A program made the position numbers and the translations under genes. The notes beneath the pieces are model-generated. The model saw only the letters and a list, made by a program, of their open reading frames with translations. It had not been told where the DNA came from and ran no database searches. A stretch of DNA of 61,326 nt, counting the filler, from Hausera hauseri (taxonomy: Eukaryota), in NCBI GenBank assembly GCA_046269625.1. It is 11 parts of 11 records of this genome, joined end to end, with 100 filler letters (N's around TTAATTAATTAA, not from the genome) between each part and the next. Parts side by side here need not be neighbours in the genome. Positions count along the whole stretch, not along the records: positions 1 to 3,972 come from JBJURY010848635.1; positions 4,073 to 8,012 come from JBJURY010871848.1; positions 8,113 to 14,021 come from JBJURY010170307.1; 8 more parts are not named here. One strand, given 5' to 3'. Below are positions 1-11,128 of the stretch, one piece after another. Every line of letters starts with the position of its first letter. Within the stretch, counting starts at the first letter, position 1.

Positions 1-321
1 TACACAGTCTCTCCTTTCTCCGACTCCATGGACATTTACAGGGGTTGCTTCACGATTACGTAATTCATAATTCAATTTCACATTCCACATACATTTACTT
101 TTTCCTGTCACACTCCCCTTTTTTCAACCGGATCTCACACACAATTTTAACACAATAAACATAAAATATTATGTACAATATATATAATACCAACATAGCC
201 GTTGACATTCCTATACATACACACATGCATTCTATATACACACATACCCCCCTCTTTACCCTAATTTCGATTTCTAGTGTAACTTTTGCCGGTTTCCCCA
301 ACTAACAATCGGGTCCCAGCA
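1..321 (-). repeat. 3' LTR (partial) of the BEL/Pao element
   Basis: On the minus strand a purine tract is followed immediately by TGCTGGGACCCG at 321, just after the end of the integrase C-terminal region. The second LTR is not in the window, so it cannot be confirmed by identity. Confidence 0.65.
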
Positions 322-334
322 TTTCCCCCTCCTT
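322..334 (-). promoter_or_regulatory. Polypurine tract (PPT)
   Basis: Minus strand AAGGAGGGGGAAA directly before the TG start of the putative LTR. Confidence 0.7.
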
Positions 335-3300
335 GGGGTAATCCGGCTCACCGATATATCCTCTACGGTATCCGTCCAATTCAATTCATTTTTTATTTTG
401 TATAACTTATGCACTGGACTTTTAATATGTGTCACCGTTCAATCTTATCTCTACTACCCTTATGACGTTATCCGCCCATTGAAAAACCTTTGTTATTTCT
501 GCGACTGGCCAGTGATTTGACTTTTCATTTTTCTCCAACAGCCACATTTTATCTCCGATATTCAGCTTTATCTTTTCTCCTTTTATTCTCTTATTCTTTT
601 ATTCGGATAGTAGTTCACTTCTGCAGCGATCCCAATATTCTTTAATTAACTTCTGCATGTATCTCCACCTATCTGCCAAGCTGCTGTTCCTCGTTCCGAT
701 TATCTCCGAAGGGATTGCACCTTTGTGTCCAGCTATTATAAAATGGTTCAGAGACAGTATGATATCATTTTTTCAGTCATCAACGGCTCTTATTAGTGGC
801 CGATTGTTCGTTATTCCTTCGATCTCTATTAATAATGTTTCCAGCTCTTCGTCTGTCAAGGTCTCCGGGAGTAATTTATTTAGTGAGTTTTTTATTGATT
901 TGATTATAACTTCATAGACTCCTCCAAAATGAGGGGTTGCTGGAGTGTTGAATATCCACCTTATATCAGTGTCCTTGAGTTCTTTTTTAAGGCTATAGGT
1001 ATATATGTGTAATTCACACACTTCTCTATTCGCTTCTATGAATTTTCCTTTATTGTCGGAGTTTATCACCGAAGGTCTACCTCTCCGACTTATAAAGCGT
1101 TTATGAGCCTTTAAGAAGGAATTTGTGTCTAATCCGGTCAACATCTCAACATGTACCCTTCGACAGAGCAAACACGTAATTAGACAGATGTCTCTTTTTT
1201 CATGTATTAACCCTCGTCTTTGTCGCGTTTTCACCTGTCCTGCGAAATCAATTTCAACTTTGTCGAAAGCTTTAAGCGGCAATTGTGTTCTAAACGCCGG
1301 TAAGGGCGCTCCTATCGTTTGTATTCATTTCGCTTTTGACCTCTTACAGATCATACAATAATTTTGATAGGCTTTCACTAGATTCTTTATCCTGGGAAAC
1401 CAGTACTTACTACTTAACTCTGCAACTTGGTGGTTGACTCCCGCCGCGTGCCGTAAGTTTAAATGTATATCCTCAATAATTAATTTTGTTATAATGCTCT
1501 TCGACGACACTATTATCGCGTACTTTTGCTCCCAATTTAACCAAGAGGTCGTAATCAACCGGCTACACGATCTCAATACCCCTTCGTCATCTAAAACGGT
1601 GTTAGACTTTGCAATACCGCTCTTAATGATAATCTCCTTTTTAGATCGTAAATTTCTTATTTCTGTGTAAAACTCTTTTTCTTGATCTCCTTTATTATTC
1701 CTAGTTTTGCTTTTCTTCTCAGCTGTACTTCACTTAAATTATTATTCTTCGCCCTTTCTGTTATTTCTCTTACCTTTTGTTTAATCACCTCTTCCCAACG
1801 GGATCTGGCACATTGTTCGATATTATCCACATTATACTGACTCTGATACTCTCCTTCTGTTGTACTGTTTCTAAAAGACATCAGTGCAAACGCGTCCTTT
1901 CTCCTTTCCTCATCCTTTGGTTTAGTAGTTCTCTGGGTTGAACAGGTCATTGATCTTTTGTCTTTCTGAGAAACTCTGGACCATTCCACCACTCTATTTT
2001 GTCTCTTAACTTGTAGACATCTAGTCCCCTAGAAAGGTAGTCCGCTGGGTTGTGTTTTGACTTTACATAATTCCATTGTCTCCCGTCGTTTCTTCTTAGA
2101 TAAATCCTACTCTGTTCGCCATGAACGTTTTGTAATACTTACTGCAGTCTTTTATCCAATACAGTACGTTCATGCGATCCGTCCACTACTGTATCTTCTC
2201 CTTCTTGTTGTACAGAGTTTTTCTACTTTTCTACCCAGCTTGACTCCTATACAGGATGCCATCAGTTCCAGTCTTGGTATGGCGACAGACTTTACCGGTG
2301 TCATCTTACCTTTCGAGCATATGATCACTACTTTAATTTCTCCTTCCACTGTCGATCTTAAATAGGCGACCGCCCCATACCCCTATGTTGAAGCGTCGCA
2401 GAAAATATGTATCTTACTGTCATCACCTTCCTTAAAATATAAATACCTTGGTACCTTTATTGTACTCAGGTTTTCCATTACTTCTGCCCATATCCTTATT
2501 TTCTCACTTAATTCTTTTGGGACCTTTTCGTCCCAATCTACTTTCATCATCCATAGTTGCTGTAGAAACACTTTACCCAACAATGTGTAACAACTGAGGA
2601 AACCTAAGGGGTCAAATATTTTCACCAATGCGATTAATAGTGTTCTTTTTGTTATCTCCATTTCTTGCTTATTACAGTCCTCGAACTCGTATCTGTCATC
2701 TTCGATTTTCTAGTTCATTCCCAACGTCTTGGTAACAACATCAGTTTTTTCCAACATGTTGAATTCCTTGGCTCGGCTTGTGGTAGGTATTATATTTAAC
2801 AATTCATTAGAGTTTGACACCCATTTGTGTGGTTCCATCCCAGCCTTTTCCAGGTCTCATTTAGCTCGCTGTATAATGAAGCAGCTTCTTTCTCAGTGCT
2901 GACTGAATCGATGCAATCGTCCATGTACGTAGAGTACTCTATCGTTTCTACGGCTCTGGCGAATTTATCTTTGAATTTTTCGGCGTTATGTCTTGACATC
3001 AGTTTCGCCAGAAATGGAGATGCGTTCAACCCAAATACGAACCAATTGAACTCGTATGTATTGTGTTTCCCATCCTTATACCATAGAAATCTTAGATATT
3101 TCTTATCTTCTTGTTTTACCTTAATCTGCAAGGACATTTCCTGGATGTCACATATGACAACCCATGGCCGTTTTCTCGTCCTTAATATAATGTCCATAAT
3201 GTCCTATTGTAATTTCGGGCCAGGATCCAGTAAATCGTTCTGACACTTTCCCCGATATTTCAAAGCAGCATCGAAAACTATCCGGCATTTTGTGGTTTGC

Positions 3301-3972
3301 CTATCAACTTTCATGACCGGAAAATGTGAAAACAGCCAAGCCGTCTCTTGTTCTTCTCGTTCTTTTACCACTCGGATATATCTTTATTTCGTATATGCTT
3401 CTATTACCTTTTCATAGGTCGCTTTTGCCTCCTCATCTTTATCTAACTTATTCTTCAGAGTTTTCAATCGTTTTTCTGCCATCCATTTATTGTTTTCCAT
3501 TTCAGATTGTATTCCTCCCTTCCATTGTAACGGCAAGCAGTATCTATTTTCTTGATGAGTCGTTTCTTTTAATATCCGTTTTATTGCCTCCTCATCTTGT
3601 TTATTCCTCTCAAACTCGTTTGCGCCCATGTTAAACTCGACCTCCCATAAGCGGCTCAGATCATTTTGAATTTCCTCTGTCCTTGTCCAAAAAGTCCTTA
3701 TGAAATTACTATTTATGTTTTTCCTTTTCTTTTTTATTTGTCTTCCACAGGTCCAGCCTAACGGAGTTAATCGCGTCACCGGCGAACCGCTTTTGCTATA
3801 TACCTCTTTGATTGACTTGTGTAACTCTGTAAAGTTCGCCACAACAATACCATTCACCTCTAAGTTGTGTGACAATGTGGGAAACCTTAAGTGCTTTAGA
3901 TGGGACTATTTTGTTTTTCTGTGGACCAGTTCACTGCCTTCATCTTTCCGGTTGGATTTTTCATAGCTATCG

Positions 3973-4072
3973 NNNNNNNNNNNNNNNNNNNNNNNNNNNN
4001 NNNNNNNNNNNNNNNNTTAATTAATTAANNNNNNNNNNNNNNNNNNNNNNNNNNNNNNNNNNNNNNNNNNNN
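3973..4072. other. Artificial contig spacer; the same spacer occurs at 8013-8112, 14022-14121, 21966-22065, 29618-29717, 35095-35194, 39160-39259, 43406-43505, 49954-50053 and 56895-56994
   Basis: Identical 100-nt blocks of N44-TTAATTAATTAA-N44. The 12-mer puts stop codons in all six frames, a standard concatenation linker. Confidence 0.99.
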
Positions 4073-5059
4073 AAAACTGATTGAAAATGTTGAAGTGTTT
4101 TGTTAATTTATTTTCCACTAAACACCATTCATGGTGAATTGGACTCGCCCTATATGAGTGAGAAGCAAGTTGCTTTCAATGGCCGATTATAAAAGATTAA
4201 AGGGGCACGTCCACTTGAATAACAGCTTCAATGTGTCTGATGAACTAAATACGTCAATTATTGTCCTCAGTCTCCTGCAAAACAAACTCATCTCCTTCAG
4301 ATGAGGTCAGCAGGCAATGGCATTCATTAGGCAGCAATTTGTTTTCTTTTTTATGTAAAAAAGTAGTACATCGTTAGTTGCAACGATAATTTCTTTTTGT
4401 CGAGTTCAACCGTGACTTTCTGACGAGAATCTCACAACACAGTTCATAATTGTCTTCATATTCCTGTAATTAAAAAATAAAATGTCAAATTTCCAGTCTA
4501 TTAATGGCGTAATTTGAACTCTGAGGATTGTCGAACTACTGAATTTTACTCCTTTGTCCGAATTTAGGAAATTCTGTTAATTTATTATGTAACTTGTGTT
4601 GGAATTTAAAAATGAATATTTAGAAATTAATTGAAACAGAAATAATTTATTTTATAATATAGGTTCACTCGGTTTAATTGCCGAAGGGGCAAAAAGGATA
4701 ATGAGTCATTTGTAGTAGTTATATTCTACATTGCAGAAATGTGCTGTCATTTGTGTGAATTAGTAAAATATATAGTTGTTCATGTATGGTGTCTCTCTGA
4801 GGAAATGGTGTTTCTCTGCGTTTGGTGATGTGAACATCGGTTGATTAACTAATTAAAATGAATATGTATGCTTTTTACCGTAGTCTGACAATTAAACAGG
4901 CGCTCAATGATTGCAATAATTAGTTTGCTTACACTCGGTTATTTTCTGGGGGTTTGACTGCTGATTGTAAACTAAAACTATGATTGTGTTGTATTTTATT
5001 TAGTGGTGTGCCCAAGATTTCCCCAAATTAGAGGGCTTTACTACCCTCTAAACATTGTG

Positions 5060-6300
5060 AGAATGTGAGGGTAAATCTGGTACGTCCAACTCTGTGCCGT
5101 TCTCCAGTGCATCCTGAAGACCGCTGTCGGAAAAATGTTCAGTCAGGATAGGTTGACAAATGCCATCATGTGACAGATTGATCAGTTCAGACCAGTGATT
5201 TGCCTTTGTGCTGTGGATGTGATCTTCTTCAGTCTCTTCTTTAGCGGGACACCAGCTCTGATTGAGAGGATTTTCTGCAGAGCAACCTGCCTCACTTCAA
5301 CATGGTTCTTAAAAGCCATCCTCTGAACCTCTTCTGATTGGTTCTTGATCCTCTGAATCATATTGTAGATGTATTGTTGCTGGTTGCTGAACTTGTTATC
5401 CCTCTTGATCTCAAACCAACTGACTGCATGCACCTCGACTATGAACTTAACGGCGTGGTACAACTTGTCTTGCGGTTCTGGCGAACAAACACCTCTCGTC
5501 CAAGAGTCAACCATCTAGCATTACTGAGAGGTCAAATTTTTCATGCATCAAATCTGGGGTCAACTGTGCCACTAAAAATTCCTCGAATATACTCCAAAAG
5601 AAGCATCTGGTCAATGCTGAGATCACCCAGAGTTTCATCAAGAAAGTGGACATCATCAAATAGACCACTAAGGGTTGTGAACTTGGTCTGTTGCAGATTC
5701 TAGTGATCAGTTTCACATAATTTATACAATGGGACGCTGAAGGCCGTGGGGCTCTTAGTTCTCTCATCAAGGAACTTTAAAACTGCGCGAAAAAGTAGTT
5801 CATTTTGTTGAAGAGAATAACCAATAGTGTGCAGTCTTCGCTTGAAATTATTTCTCACCACTGTAACAAGGCCACTTTCCCAACTAGCCTTTGTTGCTGT
5901 ATTATTACAGAGTGCTGCTTTGAAAATGATGCTCAAGTCCTTTCTTCAGTTTGATCTGTCTATCTTCACTTGTAACCTCTCTGTACATTAATGTATCTCT
6001 ATCAATCTTTGAATCAACCCCAGTACACACTAACGGATCTATACTCTCACCTTCCTTTTTATCACTCATCTCTTTCATTCTGTTCTTTTCTTGATCAATT
6101 TTGCATTTATCCAGGATTATATGTCCTACATCCAGACCAGGTTTGAGAAGATCCATAGAATGTAAGTCGAGGAAAAATGTGTTTGCAAGGCTGGCTCCTA
6201 GACAAAAAGATACGTCACCCCTAATCAGTTCCATTGCATATCTCGGAGTTTTCAAGAAACTGTAAGCACCACTCAGCATACTATCAAGATTGAACTCTCC
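5060..6300 (-). mobile_element. Degenerate DDE transposase remnant, hAT-related (hATm-like)
   Basis: Fragments GVDSKIDRDT, RRLHTIGYSLQQNELLFRAVLKFLDERTKSPTAF, DLSIDQ, NARWLT and VKFIVEVHAVSWFEIK match the recurrent pattern (C)xLHxNELPLR..LDG.T.GP / DLS.DQ / RWLT / F.V.VY..WF.IK of this transposase group. Broken by frameshifts; subfamily name is from memory. Confidence 0.6.
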
Positions 6301-8349
6301 ATCCTCGCTGTCATTGTTGATTGAGGACTGACTTAAATCTATCTACACAGCATGAGACGTGATCGTGGAGAGTAGGTCCTTGGTTTGCTTCCGCCTTAGT
6401 AAAATCTAGACACAAGCTGACTTTACTTGTATAAAAGGAAATAATATTAGAAGGACGTTAAAATAAAACAACATCAACAAATAGAATTAGACAGAAAGAT
6501 AAACAAAATTCAACATAAAATGTAAAAAATTAATAAGTTAGCTTTCCACGAGAGGTTTACCGGTGAAGATTTGGAGAATACAAACAACTTTGCTAAGACT
6601 GAAATTAAGAAGGAACTAAAAGAAGAGGAACTCAGTTATACTTAGCTTTAAACCAATCTGGAATGCTTAAATAGAGACAAAGATGAACTTCAAAAGAACA
6701 TCATAGAAACTCAGTGGTAAATAATGATGCACGGAAAGAAAGTAGAGATCCTTAAGGAAACTATAAACTCCATTAAATCGGATCTGGATGGATCGAATTG
6801 AAAGTTATGAAATCTGAAATTCGCCAAATGGAAGTAAAATATAATCAGCCAAAGATTCAAGAGGAATTACAAATACAAATGCGGAAAAATCCGTAAAAAT
6901 ATAAGACCGATAACATCAAAACAAAAGCCATAGGAAGACTAAAATCATGGGAAACGATGAAAAATATGACAAGGTGTTTTTTGGATACTAAGGGTAAAAA
7001 AAGAATTATCGTTCTAAAGACAAAATCTCTCGAACGAGAGGCATTAAATAAAGAAAGAATAGTAGAATAGTAGAACGCATACCTTTTTGAAGGATTAAAT
7101 GAAATTAAATTTTCACAATTATCTAGTTTAGCTTATGTTGTCTTGTTAGCACATATTCCTTTAACTAGGAGGTCTAATTTAGCCTTTTGTACATTAGAAT
7201 GTTTAGTTCAGATGATGGGTGCTACAACTTATTGTTTTTATACAGTAACTTCTATATTTTTCACAACTTTTAACTTTAATTTTTCCCATAAAAACAAAAT
7301 GTAATATTTTAAGTGATACAGTATAACATATAATGTTCAAGTAGACTGACAAGATGTCTCACATTCACGCACAAGGTATGACTTCGATTTACGCAACAAT
7401 TTCAAATGCAGACCGCTAAAAATGTCATTAAAACAATCAGAGCAGGCGTAACCGAAGAGTTGTAAATGTTAAGTCAGACAAAGTGATGCAGTAAAGTTAT
7501 CGCCCGTGAATATTCAAAGACAGATCATACATCTCACGAGAATTCTTTTGTTCTTGTTCATTATCCCATAATGACTAGGATTTTATTAGAAACTGGTCAA
7601 GTGCCCTTATAAAGTTGCGCCCAGGGCACGTGACCTGCTTGTCCCATCTTAATCACATCTATGGTCAATTTAGAACTGATATAATGGACCATCATACGCT
7701 GGGGGAAACAGAGATCAGGACACTTATGGAATGCAATGATGGTGTTGTCCAGTTCATTACCCATAGAATCAAAGCTCGTTCACAGCATTTGAGATGGGTG
7801 TTATTTGTTAAATTCGTAAGTTATTGCATTTATCTCAGCAGTGTTTGGATTGGTAATAAACACTCGATTAGATAGAGAGAGGCATTGGTTAGTGTAGTTC
7901 ATAAATGAATGGCTTGTTGCGTAGGCAAGACGATGACATCGTTTTAGTGCTGCTTTTTTGATTAACAAATTTTCTCTTGCCCAGTGTGTTCTTTTCAAAT
8001 ACATCTTTCAGTNNNNNNNNNNNNNNNNNNNNNNNNNNNNNNNNNNNNNNNNNNNNTTAATTAATTAANNNNNNNNNNNNNNNNNNNNNNNNNNNNNNNN
8101 NNNNNNNNNNNNCTTTTTGCAAACAGGTGCTAATGATCTGCAAGTTGATACCAACTACATTTTCGATATAACCGGCAACGAACCCCTGTCAACTCTAGCC
8201 AGATGCGCATCTGTTTTCCCTCAACCAGGTTTACCGACGGCTGTTTGCGCACATAACAACACACCATTATGCTTGGCTGTTATGTCCGACAGTGACCATT
8301 TTACTATTAACACAACAAATAAATCGTCAGCGTGGCAACCGCCAAAAAC

Positions 8350-9085
8350 CTGGTTTTCTTATTTCGAGCTGTCAATGGAAGTGGAAAAGGCACTTACTAC
8401 CAATAGATATGTGAAATCTATGAATATTCAGGTCTTAAGTATTCCCGTCATTTTGCATAAATACAACACGGTTATCGGCGATGAAACAGGTGGCGACAAA
8501 ACATTAGCATTTACTTTACCGCTGATGAATAAAATGCGTAACGTGTCGTCTTTACCCACGAACGAAATTACTCCAAAGCCTATTGTTATTGCGCCAACGT
8601 GGAATCTGCAACCAACCGAATAATGTCATAATTAGTTTCGGTCGTATTTTGAATTTGAACAGCATTCTATTAAATAGCCTAAAAGATCTTGTTCCATGTG
8701 ATCTTATATTATCGTCTCCGTCTGTTGTAGTAAAAGCCACACAATTAGGTTATATAAAATTGATGAGCTTGCAAAGTGTTGTACTCGACAAGGCTGATAT
8801 GCTGTGGGATGAATCGTTTAGGGGTGTTGTATCGGACATTTTAACTAGAACATCTATACGGACATCTCGTGCAGTTAGTAAGGAACCGATTGGCAGCCAG
8901 TTAAATATGTGCAATGCAATGATTCCCCAACAGATCATAGACGCAGATAGTAATATTGTTCCGATGGATACACTTCCCATTGGTAAAAGCGAAAATACGC
9001 ATCATTTGATTCCGACTGTATCATATAAATTTATGCGAATATGCAAGTCAAAAATGCTAATCACACATCTGAGTACTTTGAAGAA
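8350..9085 (+). pseudogene. DDX28: DEAD-box helicase (DDX28-like) pseudogene fragment, intronless
   Basis: Q-motif region (FSYFEL..MNIQVLSIPVIL), degenerate motif I DETGGDKTLAFTLPL, IVIAPTWNL (Ia), and VVLDKADMLWDESF resembling DDX28 LVLDEADTLLDESF. Catalytic residues are mutated and the frame shifts. Confidence 0.75.
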
Positions 9086-9131
9086 AACCGGTATAAATTC
9101 CGCTGAGCCCAGTAAGGTGCCCAGATATATT

Positions 9132-9655
<524 letters not shown>

Positions 9656-9794
9656 CATACAAGGACCTCGGCTACTCCGAAATTTCCGACCCGTCGCGGC
9701 GAGGCTGAAGCTCCGGCCGCCGACCCTACGCCATTGGGTCAGGTGGCACCGCTTGTAGACGCCCCACGACACGCGCCTGGCTACACGACCTCTC

Positions 9795-10006
9795 CATATT
9801 TCCTCTTCTTTTCTTTAAATAACAAACACATTTGCATAAATGCATTAACACACTTAAACACTGCGGCTATCTACAACATCTCCACTTTTCTTCGCTCATC
9901 TGACTTTTACCTCACACAACACGGCTCAACGGTACCTCTCGTTGGGAATCTGCGACCTTCTTCAACTTATATCCACCTCCACATATACTTCCGCATCCGT
10001 GGTGGC
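9795..10006 (+). other. Ubiquitin-like domain in frame with Gag (ends FRIRGG|M)
   Basis: FLFFSLNNKHICINA..TAAIYNISTFLRSSDFYLTQHG..LHIYFRIRGG, about 70 aa, aligns by eye to the ubiquitin pattern (IFVKTL-GKTITLEV..helix..RLIFAG..LHLVLRLRGG). Continuous with Gag in ORF 9533-10597. Confidence 0.75.
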
Positions 10007-11079
10007 ATGAATTTATCGACTACCATAAACACCACGGATAAAACCAGCACGAAACCAAAATCTGTCATACTGCTTCAAAAACCCTCTCCTGCTTTCACCA
10101 ATCATACTGCACCTACTACCTCTTCCGTTCCTTTCCCTAATTGCACCGAATTATTCATTGACAACCAAGGTTCCAGCAAAACTCGGTTGCAATTCCATCA
10201 ACTGTGTCTACAGGCAAACAATTTCACCGACCCCTTAACCAAGGAACACAATCTTCTCTTCTTACTCCCTAACAATATCAAAACACGCATTCACAACATC
10301 CTTGAAATATTTGAACTTCCTGATCCATACCCACAGCTCTCCAACGCTGTTCTTAAAATCATAGAACCCTCAATGGACACCATCATACAACGCTTCTTCT
10401 ACGACAATTCCATAGGAACACAATTATTATCAGAAATTTTACGCACGTCATTGGCACATCTGCACACTCTCGGCGTCCTAAAAGACACAATCCCGAACTA
10501 CTGCGTCATTACCCTCTTAACGCCTTACCCATCCAAATTCGGGCCCTACTTACTGAGGTGGAGGACTCCACGACCCTTGAAAAATTGGCCGAATTAGCCG
10601 CTAAAACACACGATATTCTGCAATTAAATTCCCCACCAGTCGTTTCGGCGGCAGTTGCCCCTAACGATATTCAATACAATAACATATTAATAGAACAACA
10701 ACTCAGTCAGCTACGTGCTGAAAATATTGCACTACACGCAACAATTAACAAAATGAACAACAAATTAAACAAGCTTTCCCTGTCCCGGCGAAAAGATTTT
10801 GGTGTTGACAGCGCCCATTCTGCATGTAGAAACCGGTCACCATCGCCTGTGCGGTCGCCAATCTAGTATTATTACAGCAGATTCAATAAGAATTCCAAGA
10901 AATGCTGCCTAGGGTTCAAATTTTACAACAAAAGTTTTTTCACACATCGTTGCTTGCATTTACCACAAAAAATCTGAAAATCAAGCCCGTAAGTGCATTT
11001 CAGGCTGCACTTTCAAAACAGATACAAACAATGGACGTATTACTTTTTCTTCTAATAGTCGTTCTAGTTCGCCTTTTCG

Positions 11080-11128
11080 AAAAAACTAAATTTGCCGCCA
11101 GAAGTCACCGCAAACTCTGGCAAAGGCA
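11080..11128 (+). promoter_or_regulatory. -1 ribosomal frameshift signal (gag-pol), copy A
   Basis: A AAA AAC then gag TAA; after a 6-nt spacer, stem TGCC-GCCAGA / TCTGGC-(AAA)-GGCA. Pol is in the -1 frame. Confidence 0.85.

Larger units (their letters stand above)
1..3972 (-). mobile_element. BEL/Pao LTR retrotransposon, degenerate 3' part (RT, Pao RNase H/peptidase A17, integrase, C-terminal domain, PPT, 3' LTR)
   Basis: Frameshifted minus-strand ORFs with Pao motifs: RLTPLGW, LWEVE, CDIQEMSLQI..YLRFLW..FGLNASPFLA..YMDD (RT), IFDPLGFL..QQLW..DWDE..HIFCDAS (RNase H), IDFAG..CLITCL..RRVHVE..FISRRGRP..SDN..PHFGGVYE (integrase). Numerous stops and frameshifts. Confidence 0.95.

Noticed and set aside
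3973-4072. Periodic TTAATTAATTAA motif as a biological repeat, and any 'gene cluster' reading across contigs
   Set aside because: Always centred in an exact 100-nt N block; it is an artificial six-frame-stop linker.
6500-8012. Coiled-coil-like and other broken coding remnants
   Set aside because: No recognisable motifs and too many stops to assign.
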